Positions 18,920-29,090 of a stretch of DNA of 64,000 bases are shown in pieces. Both the position numbers and the translations under genes were made by a program. The notes under the pieces are model-generated. The model was not told where the DNA came from and did no database searches. It saw nothing but the letters and a program-made list of their open reading frames with translations. This stretch comes from Epithemia pelagica (Eukaryota; Protista; Bacillariophyta): assembly GCA_946965045.2 (NCBI GenBank), contig OX337232.1:3224001-3288000 (forward strand), read 5' to 3'. Within the stretch, counting starts at the first letter, position 1; every line of letters starts with the position of its first letter.

Positions 18920-21390
18920 CTATCGTCTTCCCACCAATCTTGTGCAAGATGGTGTCACCATTGTCAATGTTTCCGAATTTCCCAGTGTGGACGAGACGGC
19001 GCTTGTACGACGAGGAGTCAGGGTCAACTACGTACCACAAGTTGGTAAGATGTGACTGCAACTTCCTGTAATGGACTCAAAACGTCTACTACTCAGAGTA
19101 TCGTCACGAAATAACATTCTTCATTATCACACAGTAATACCTCTGATATGATCATACTAGGTACAGATTATTTCAATATGAGGAAAACATCCAGAGTCAC
19201 GGATGTCGGAGGATTTGGTAGATGTCGGATGATGTCCGATGATGTCCGATGTCCGATGATGTATCATCCCAAAAGTTTATACAATAGGACAGCACGTCCA
19301 CCGTGTAGAACTAGTACATAAGCCACGTATGTAGGGTGTAGTACTATGTATAAGTAGAATAGAAAAGAAGGAATCTTAGTCTTATTCCCGTGATGTGGAG
19401 CGGGCAGAGACGAGAGAGGTTGTGCGTTGTGCTCTTGCTTGCGTTTTGGCATGAAGAATGAAGACCTCGTCTCCTTGAGACAAGGATACTTCCCTGGTCG
19501 TTGCCATCTCATTATTATGGACGATACTGGGGCTCTAAGTATCCAACTAATGTTTGTCGTCTGGGCGAGAGCAGTAGTGTTCTTGTCCACAGTGGCAGCA
19601 GGCATCATAGGTTATCATAGGTTTTGTTTTGTGTCGTCCTTGTAGTTGTGTTGTTGCACCTCTTTGACATCAATCAATTGTTGGATTGTTGCATTTGGAC
19701 AAGGAGTTGTTGGTTGTTGCATTGGTTGTCTGCAGTGCTTCTAGCTCGTCCATGTAGTTGTTGATTGTTGTTTTCGTCTTCATCAGGTTGTTGTTTTGGC
19801 TTCGATAGGAAAGCTGGGAAAACAAGCCTCCCAGAGCCAAGGGCACAATGCATACCATCCTCATCTCTTTTTCTCAATGTTACTGCAGTGGATTGTTGTT
19901 TTGGACACTGTCTTGTACGTTCGGTGGAGTTGATTGTTGCGCTCGTTGTCATTGTCGCTGCCATTTTCTCGTATGGGGGAGTAGATGTTTTTGCTTAAAG
20001 CAGAAGCTTCCATCGACCGACATTCATGATGGTAGTCTTCCATTGTGATCCATTTCGCTTGTCTTGGTGGCTCCTTCTCTGCGGTTGTTGCAATTGGTGT
20101 GTGGGTCAGAACATTCCAGTTGATTGCCGCATGTCATTGTCGTGGCTCTCCTTCGCCTCATGTAACATAATGCCAGCGGTGGCCATGCCCTCTCTTCTCC
20201 ACTTGATGGCCAGCATCTCCTCATTGAACTCTCCTCTGTACTGGCATTGATGTGAGCGAAGGCTTTTGCAAAAGCACCTGTGGGTTGTTGTCGTTTCGGT
20301 TTCTTGTCCTCCGACAACAAGTACTCCCTCATGGGTATGTCCAGTGAAGCGTGATGCCAGGGTTTGTGAAATTCCCTTCTGCTACATACAGCGCTTTCGT
20401 GACCCGGACAAGTGTCCAGCAAACTATTGAGTAAAACTGGTCACCATAGCCTACGAGTAGGCTATGGTACAGCGATCCTGTGCTGTGGCGCTATGTTAGG
20501 TACTGATCATCAAGATTTCTAGGACTTCTGTCCGGTAATTTTTTCCGATATCCCTAAGTTTGTCCTATAAATTAGGGCTAATGTCGGATGTTTTTATCGC
20601 CAAAAGAATATGTACTCTCCAGCCGTTGTAATTCTTCAAGAGAAATCACAAGGTTACGAGTCAATGATTGGCGGCAGGCCCAACAACTGAAGGATCACTG
20701 CTGGATTTTGAGGCAAACCGTGTTTGCGCGCGAGCCCGAAACGACATCAAACGACATCAAACGACATCAAACGACATCAAACGACATACCTTTCGACATT
20801 CCCGTTTGTTCCGTACTAGTAGAGAATGGTAAATCATATTCTATGGTATCATAATACGTACTTTGCTTTAATATTGATCCTTTGTTTTGGTTTTGTCCGT
20901 TGGGTATTGGGAGAGAATATGCGACTCACGTGTAGCTACCGGAAGTTGCAGTTGCGGCGCTGGAGGAAAACCTTCATAAGAAGAATCTTTGCTATGAGTA
21001 GCGTCAGCAACAGAATACACAGGCAGCTATAGCTAGTTTAGCTAGGTTCTCCTAGCAATGTCCAGGAGTCAGTTGAGACGTTTGGATTCCTGGGTTTCTT
21101 GTACACACAAATGAAATCTTGCTGGAGGGCATGGCAACACTGGGCACCTTTTCAGCTGTACGTGGTCCCATGCAGTATCTCGTCGCTGAGCTCTTGACGG
21201 ATGGTGCCTTTTTTATCGAGTCAAGGTCTCGGGTGGTCAAAAGCCTCCGTTCCATCACCCACCCCATGGACCCGGTGTCTCTGAGCCTAAGTGGTATTTA
21301 GATGTCGTCCCCATTCCCGTACAGCTGACAAAAGTAAAACAAAGGCAATGCTTTGGATATTGGCAGCACGACACTCGGTCAAATCATAAT

Positions 21391-23154
21391 CTACGTGACC
21401 ATGTCGTCGCCCAACGTCTCTCCAGTCTCGTCCATGAGGGGTGCCGTCCACTGTATATCTCGGAGACACTCGAAGTCACGAATGGTAGCGGCAGAAACGT
21501 GAATAGGATTGGGGGGTTGCGATCGCGGACGCTTGCTTCGTCGTTGAGGCGGATGTGGAATGCAGGTGAGCATGTTCATCACGGCATCGGAAGGGCTCAG
21601 GTACACAAGATATATGTTGTCAAACGATTGGAACCATTCACTTTTGTCGCACATCCTTTTGAAAGTGGGCAAAACGTTATCGTGATCTGCGACGTGCACT
21701 TGCACTGCCCAGACGTCCTTTCCGTCCTTGCTCTTTAGAATCAAATCGATGGCAGGGAAATTCGAGTTTTTCGGTATGAAGAGCGTGTTTTCTGCCATCA
21801 TCTGAGCCGTTGGCAATTCTTGCGTCTCGAAGACCAAGCCGGAGTCCACCGAAGCAGGAAGCACATCTCTCGTTGGATCTTTGGACAGGACTAAGCTCTT
21901 GCGAAATCGCACGATGACAATCAGTTCAAAAAGACGCCCTCGAACATCATTGGAAACGTTGACTTTGGCACATACCGCGAGGAGAACCCTTTCATTTTTC
22001 TCGACAAACTGTATCAAATCGTTCCAGAAGATAGTACGGTACGCCACCAGCACAGCTGGGAAAAGAGGTACAATGAGGCCGTCTCTCCAAGCGGAGTATT
22101 TCCTGTCGTAGTACAGCACTGAGCTTGGTTCAGGTGGAATCGAGAGCAAGCAATAAACTGCAGCAAGTTTGATAGACTGGATTGCCACCGTATTCGCACT
22201 ATTTTCTGCCAACAACTGGCCGACTGCCGCACCGACGTCGCGGATACATTCAGATTCGTATCTCGCTGGCGATTCCAGATACTCCGCAACTTGCAAGGGG
22301 CACAGTCCCGTCACTTTCTTCAAACGAAGTAGTTCCTCGCCGTGATCATCATGAGCTGCCAAATGAGGCTGCCACACCAGCATTTCCTCGACTGCCAAAG
22401 ACAACGGATGATCATAGACACGAAAACCAGGATGGTTTTCTTTGTAAGCCGTTGAATTGTTTGCTGATGCGGAGACCACACACTTCATCCTGTTTCGTTT
22501 ATTCAATTGCTTCATAAGATAAAATGGGGGCGGCAACACACCGACATCTTTGGCAGTCGAGAACTGAGGCCGGGCGAATATTCTGTTGATTTGGTCAAAC
22601 ACGAAGAACCAATCCTTGTCGATGGTCGGAAGAAGGTCTTCAATGCGATCAATTATCGTCAGCAACGTATCCGTTGTCACCATAGCACGGTCAATACCAA
22701 TTGCTTGTGTGCTGGACTTGATCGAACGGCACATAGCCTGCAACAAGCCAAAATTATCCTTCCACTCTTCACAGGTCGGAATGAACGTGACGATTGCGCC
22801 GCGCGCTCTCAGTCTACGAACCAGGTTGACCATTGAATGAGATTTCCCAATGCCCTGCGGGCCGCGCACAAAGAGACCCTTCACTTGATTCTCGTGAATC
22901 AGAAGTTCTTCCATCTTCTCGACGATATCGGGTCGATAAAGGACGCCTGAACGACTAGTTTTTTCGAACCGCTCCACGGGAAAGCTCGCCGGCAATTCAA
23001 CTGCAAAATCCATGGGATGCATCTTGACCGCAGGGTCAAGATGATGACCATGCTCTTCAACAGCGGCAAATTCCTTCAACGCCTGCAAAAATTTGTCCAT
23101 GATCTGCTCCATTGTCGCCAATGCAATGCAATAGGAGTACAAGTTTTTTTTCAA
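21391..23154 (-). CDS. CR-type NTPase+REase protein, copy 2
   Basis: Differs from copy 1 by one amino acid (D/E) and two synonymous changes seen. Confidence 0.78.
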   Translation of the reverse strand: MKKNLYSYCIALATMEQIMDKFLQALKEFAAVEEHGHHLDPAVKMHPMDFAVELPASFPVERFEKTSRSGVLYRPDIVEKMEELLIHENQVKGLFVRGPQGIGKSHSMVNLVRRLRARGAIVTFIPTCEEWKDNFGLLQAMCRSIKSSTQAIGIDRAMVTTDTLLTIIDRIEDLLPTIDKDWFFVFDQINRIFARPQFSTAKDVGVLPPPFYLMKQLNKRNRMKCVVSASANNSTAYKENHPGFRVYDHPLSLAVEEMLVWQPHLAAHDDHGEELLRLKKVTGLCPLQVAEYLESPARYESECIRDVGAAVGQLLAENSANTVAIQSIKLAAVYCLLSIPPEPSSVLYYDRKYSAWRDGLIVPLFPAVLVAYRTIFWNDLIQFVEKNERVLLAVCAKVNVSNDVRGRLFELIVIVRFRKSLVLSKDPTRDVLPASVDSGLVFETQELPTAQMMAENTLFIPKNSNFPAIDLILKSKDGKDVWAVQVHVADHDNVLPTFKRMCDKSEWFQSFDNIYLVYLSPSDAVMNMLTCIPHPPQRRSKRPRSQPPNPIHVSAATIRDFECLRDIQWTAPLMDETGETLGDDMVT

Positions 23155-24445
23155 AAGAACGACGCTGCTCTACTTTATGTCCAATTGCCTGCTGTCGCCC
23201 TTGCTGTTGTAGTAAGGCTACTACTTCTGGTTGATTGTGGCATTTGACAGCATAGCTGCCGGGTGACAAACCAGACGTAAGGAACGCTGCGGTGTGGCTA
23301 CACGAAATTAAACCCTCTTAGCCACCCCCGCTAGGGGTTGCCCCATCTCTCTGGTGTCCGGTCTAGTCGGTAGGCATATCTCATTTTCACAACCACGTTA
23401 ACAACACGACAATCAAACTTTGTTGTTGCTGGTGACCTCCTATGATCACCCCATCATGATCCGGCCATCGTGTGATTCATATTAGTACCATGGTAGTGCC
23501 TTGTGAGCGGCACAGTGCATGAGGGTCACTCTAGGCAAGGATGAAAATAGTGGCCCAGCATTATGGATTATGGCACGACACGAGAACATGATGGCCCCCA
23601 AAACACATGGGAATAGAGGTCCTGCTGTCGATACACTCCGTTACTACTGTTATGTATATTGTGTACCATTAGGTGCCGAAACAATGAATGATAAGAGCCA
23701 TACATCCCTCTGAGATGCTTCGTTCGAAATGGTGAGGCGTTGCTTCCGTATGACCGTGCCACGAGGCATGGTGCCTGTGAACCAGCTCCACAATAGACTC
23801 AATCTTCATATTTAGGCCATGCAGATGTATCCTACGCTATTGGTTAGGCAGAATAGTGCCATCCTCGACGATGGTCTAGGTAGGTAGTAGTAGCTACCAT
23901 TTGAGTCAACAGAACGCCCGACCCAACCTTTCAATGAATCCAAAATGGAAAATCACGCATTGAGTCAAAAACACATCCAGTTGCATAAGTCGTGTCCCTA
24001 AACGGTGTCATCAAAGCAGAAGACATCAAACCATCTATTGCCTGAAAACAAGAGAAAGAGCCAGAGACTCGTGTGAGAATAGGCAGCAAGGGACAGACTA
24101 CAAGATCACAGAGAAACAAAAAGAGAGTCTGTCCAAAGGGTTGATTTCAGTGGCCAGAAAATGACCCGCAAAACCAGAATTTGACTCCGTCTGTTTTCAC
24201 AAGCACCTCATCACCAACAGGCCACCTTCCGGCAAAGGACGATGTACCTGCGAAGTATCTTTATTCTCTCGATTGTTTCATATAATGTGAACCCACATGT
24301 CAAGCAAACTTACATTGTGTAAAAGTCACATGGCTGAGTCCAATCGGCAAAGGCAAGGTTGTAGAATCGACAGCGTGTTCGTCCTCTTCTTCTGAATTAA
24401 CGGTACCACCGCATTTTCGTTTCCGCAAACATACAGCATTCTTCG

Positions 24446-25302
24446 TCACCAATGTGGGTCCCCAATGGGTGGATATTCGGTATCTCGAGGATGGACCGAT
24501 GGCCACACGGACAAGTCTTCGTCTCGGGAATGAGACATTGTGGGTTTGGCTGTATCCTCCGAATCAACTCGCAAACGTTTGGTGATGGGTCGAAAGTACT
24601 GGACCTTGAACTTTTTCTGGTCCTCCGACATTCGTGGCAATGTCTGTTGCGACACGGATGCATAGGGTTCCATGGCTCGTTTGGCATCTCGTACCGACTG
24701 CAACTCCACGACACAGGATCCATAAAAGGCATTGGTTCGACGGTCCGTCAACCAATGGAGGATTGCAATGGGTCCCAACAGAGCTTCTAATTTCGTTCTG
24801 GTTATAGTCAAGGGCAATCTCGAGAGATACAGACAGGTATCACGAAACACTTCAGTACGAGTATCAGGTTTGTCAAACAACGTTTCGAGTGTGCCGTTTC
24901 TTCGTTTGGTTGCTTCCCTCCTGCTGGAGTTGTTCGGCTCGTTGTTTCGTGTGGACCAAATTGGGTCGTACCGTGGGAGCCTGATATCCTTCTTGACAGA
25001 GGGGACACTGCAAGGTTTTGGGATGGGCCGTGGCATGCGACACACAGGAGGGACACACAATGACGGGGACACCACAAACGACCGTCGATTCCGTCGTCGT
25101 CGTCGACTTGTTGGATTTGCCCGTGCTGCAGTGGAATTGTCCCCGATACTGGGTGCATACGCCGTGACACACGACGCAGGTGGGCAAAAAGGCGGCGGCC
25201 GTGGTGGACCTGGCACATTCCAATTCGACCTGATCCAAGGGTTTTTCGGCCGGAACTTGTTCCATGCGTCGATCAAACAAATAATTCTTGCCCTTCCACA
25301 AA
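24446..25302 (-). pseudogene. 3' fragment of the TrhO-like gene, copy 3
   Basis: Same breakpoint (CCTTCCACAAA|GCAGG) and frameshift as copies 1 and 2. Confidence 0.9.
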
Positions 25303-25524
25303 GCAGGTCGAATGCGACGATGCAACTTGACCATTGACAAATGTTTGGCGACATCTTCCGTCATTGTCACGGGTGTTCCTTCAGCAAACTATCGTCTTCC
25401 CACCAATCTTGTGCAAGATGGTGTCACCATTGTCAATGTTTCCGAATTTCCCAGTGTGGACGAAACGGCGCTTGTACGACGAGGAGTCAGGGTCAACTAC
25501 GTACCACAAGTTGGTAAGATGTGA
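25303..25524 (+). pseudogene. MTD1-like C-terminal fragment carrying the empty Copia target site
   Basis: AGRMRRCNLTIDKCLATSSVIVTGVPSANYRLP...; single CTATC at 25389-25393. Confidence 0.72.
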
Positions 25525-26527
25525 CTGCAACTTCCTGTAATGGACTCAAAACGTCTACTACTCAGAGTATCGTCACGATATAACATTCTTCATTATCACA
25601 CAGTAATACCTCTGATATGATCATACTAGGTACAGATTATTTCAATATGAGGAAAACATCCAGAGTCACGGATGTCGGAGGATTTGGTAGATGTCGGATG
25701 ATGTCCGATGATGTCCGATGTCCGATGATGTCGGATGTTTTTATCGCCAAAAGAATATGTACTCTCCAGCCGTTGTAATTCTTCAAGAGAAATCACAAGG
25801 TTACGAGTCAATGATTGGCGGCAGGCCCATCAACTGAAGGATCACCGCTGGATTTTGAGGCAAACCGTGTTTGCGCGCGAGCCCGAAACGACATCAAACA
25901 ACATCAAACGACATCAAACGACATACCTTTCGACATTCCCGTTTGTTCCGTACTAGTAGAGAATGGTAAATCATATTCTATGGTATCATAATACGTACTT
26001 TGCTTTAATATTGATCCTTTGTTTTGGTTTTGTCCGTTGGGTATTGGGAGAGAATATGCGACTCACGTGTAGCTACCGGAAGTTGCAGTTGCGGCGCTGG
26101 AGGAAAACCTTCATAAGAAGAATCTTTGCTATGAGTAGCGTCAGCAACAGAATACACAGGCAGCTATAGCTAGTTTAGCTAGGTTCTCCTAGCAATGTCC
26201 AGGAGTCAGTTGAGACGTTTGGATTCCTGGGTTTCTTGTACACACAAATGAAATCTTGCTGGAGGGCATGGCAACACTGGGCACCTTTTCAGCTGTACGT
26301 GGTCCCATGCAGTATCTCGTCGCTGAGCTCTTGACGGATGATGCCTTTTTTATCGAGTCAAGGTCTCGGGTGGTCAAAAGCCTCCGTTCCATCACCCACC
26401 CCATGGACCCGGTGCCTCTGAGCCTAAGTGGTATTTAGATGTCGTCCCCATTCCCGTACAGCTGACAAAAGTAAAACAAAGGCAATGCTTTGGATATTGG
26501 CAGCACGACACTCGTTCAAATCATAAT

Positions 26528-28291
26528 CTACGTGACCATGTCGTCGCCCAACGTCTCTCCAGTCTCGTCCATGAGGGGTGCCGTCCACTGTATATCTCGG
26601 AGACACTCGAAGTCACGAATGGTAGCGGCAGAAACGTGAATAGGATTGGGGGGTTGCGATCGCGGACGCTTGCTTCGTCGTTGAGGCGGATGTGGAATGC
26701 AGGTGAGCATGTTCATCACGGCATCGGAAGGGCTCAGGTACACAAGATATATGTTGTCAAACGATTGGAACCATTCACTATTGTCGCACATCCTTCTTAA
26801 AGTGGGCAAAACGTTATCGTGATCTGCGACGTGCACTTGCACTGCCCAGACGTCCTTTCCGTCCTTGCTCTTTAGAATCAAATCGATGGCAGGGAAATTC
26901 GAGTTTTTCGGTATGAAGAACGTGTTTTCTGCCATCATCTGAGCCGTTGGCAATTCTTGCGTCTCGAAGACCAAGCCGGAGTCCACCGAAGCAGGAAGCA
27001 CATCTCTCGTTGGATCTTTGGACAGGACTAAGTTCTTGCGAAATCGCACGATGACAATCAGTTCAAAAAGACGCCCTCGAACATCATTGGAAACGTTGAC
27101 TTTGGCACATACCGCGAGGAGAACCCTTTCATTTTTCTCGACAAACTGTATCAAATCGTTCCAGAAGATAGTACGGTACGCCACCAGCACAGCTGGGAAA
27201 AGAGGTACAATGAGGCCGTCTCTCCAAGCGGAGTATTTCCTGTCGTAGTACAGCACTGAGCTTGGTTCAGGTGGAATCGAGAGCAAGCAATAAACTGCAG
27301 CAAGTTTGATAGACTGGATTGCCACCGTATTCGCACTATTTTCTGCCAACAACTGGCCGACTGCCGCACCGACGTCGCGGATACATTCAGATTCGTATCT
27401 CGCTGGCGATTCCAGATACTCCGCAACTTGCAAGGGGCACAGTCCCGTCACTTTCTTCAAACGAAGCAGTTCCTCGCCGTGATCATCATGAGCTGCCAAA
27501 TGAGGCTGCCACACCAGCATTTCCTCGACTGTCAAAGACAACGGATGATCATAGACACGAAAACCAGGATGGTTTTCTTTGTAAGCCGTTGAATTGTTTG
27601 CTGATGCGGAGACCACACACTTCATCCTGTTTCGTTTATTCAATTCCTTCATAAGATAAAATGGGGGCGGCAACACACCGACATCTTTGGCAGTCGAGAA
27701 CTGAGGCCGGGCGAATATTCTGTTGATTTGGTCAAACACGAAGAACCAATCCTTGTCGATGGTCGGAAGAAGGTCTTCAATGCGATCAATTATCGTCAGC
27801 AACGTATCCGTTGTCACCATAGCACGGTCAATACCAATTGCTTGTGTGCTGGACTTGATCGAACGGCACATAGCCTGCAACAAGTCAAAATTATCCCACC
27901 ATTCTTCACAGGTCGGAATGAACGTGACGATTGCGCCGCGCGCTCTCAGTCTACGAACCAGGTTGACCATTGAATGAGATTTCCCAATACCCTGCGGGCC
28001 GCGCACAAAGAGACCCTTCACTTGACTCTCGTTCATCAGAAGTTCTTCCATCTTCTCGACGATATCGGGTCGATAAAGGACGCCTGAACGAATAGTTTTT
28101 TCGAACCGCTCCACCGGAAAGCTCGCCGGCAATTCAACTGCAAAATCCATGGGATGCATCTTGACCGCAGGGTCAAGATGATGACCATGCTCTTCAACAG
28201 CGGCAAATTCCTTCAACGCCTGCAAAAATTTGTCCATGATCTGCTCCATTGTCGCCAATGCAATGCAATAGGAGTACAAGTTTCTTTTCAA
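26528..28291 (-). CDS. CR-type NTPase+REase protein, copy 3 (diverged paralog)
   Basis: Same motifs; about 14 amino-acid differences from copy 1. Confidence 0.78.
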   Translation of the reverse strand: MKRNLYSYCIALATMEQIMDKFLQALKEFAAVEEHGHHLDPAVKMHPMDFAVELPASFPVERFEKTIRSGVLYRPDIVEKMEELLMNESQVKGLFVRGPQGIGKSHSMVNLVRRLRARGAIVTFIPTCEEWWDNFDLLQAMCRSIKSSTQAIGIDRAMVTTDTLLTIIDRIEDLLPTIDKDWFFVFDQINRIFARPQFSTAKDVGVLPPPFYLMKELNKRNRMKCVVSASANNSTAYKENHPGFRVYDHPLSLTVEEMLVWQPHLAAHDDHGEELLRLKKVTGLCPLQVAEYLESPARYESECIRDVGAAVGQLLAENSANTVAIQSIKLAAVYCLLSIPPEPSSVLYYDRKYSAWRDGLIVPLFPAVLVAYRTIFWNDLIQFVEKNERVLLAVCAKVNVSNDVRGRLFELIVIVRFRKNLVLSKDPTRDVLPASVDSGLVFETQELPTAQMMAENTFFIPKNSNFPAIDLILKSKDGKDVWAVQVHVADHDNVLPTLRRMCDNSEWFQSFDNIYLVYLSPSDAVMNMLTCIPHPPQRRSKRPRSQPPNPIHVSAATIRDFECLRDIQWTAPLMDETGETLGDDMVT

Positions 28292-28971
28292 AAGAACGAC
28301 GCTGCTCTACTCTATGTCCAATTGCCTGCTGTCGCCCTTGCTGTTGTAGTAAGGCTACTACTTCTGGTTGATTGTGGCATTTGACAGCATAGCTGCCGGG
28401 TGACAAACCAGACGTAAGGAACGCTGCGGTGTGGCTACACGAAATTAAACCCTCTTAGCCACCCCCGCTAGGGGGTGCGCCATCTCTCTGGTGTCCTGTC
28501 TAGTCGGTAGGCATATCTCATTTTCACAACCACGTTAACAACACGACAATCAAACTTTGTTGTTGCTGGTGACCTCCTATGATCACCCCATCATGATCCG
28601 GCCATCGTGTGATTCATATTAGTACCATGGTAGTGCCTTGTGAGCGGCACAGTACATGAGGGTCACTCTAGGCAAGGATGAAAATAGTGGCCCAGCATTA
28701 TGGATTATGGCACGACACGAGACCATGATGGCCCCCAAAACACATGGGAATAGAGGTCCTGCTGTCGATACACTCCGTTACTACTGTTATGTATATTGTG
28801 TACCATTAGGTGCCGAAACAATGAATGATAAGAGCCATACATCCCTCTGAGATGCTTCGTTCGAAATGGTGAGGCGTTGCTTCCGTATGACCGTGCCACG
28901 AGGCATGGTGCCTGTGAACCAGCTCCACAATAGACTCAACCTTCATATTTAGGCCATGCAGATGTATCCTA

Positions 28972-29090
28972 CGCTATTGGTTAGAGGCCTATGACTCGCC
29001 CGACAGGTACCAAGTGTCAAAATAGGTGCACAACAACAGGTGCAACACCGAGGTCCGTGTTGTTATCGCTATGGATGGAATGAGTTATGC
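28972..29090 (+). repeat. 119-bp direct repeat, left copy
   Basis: Matches 32809-32927 with two substitutions. Confidence 0.9.
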
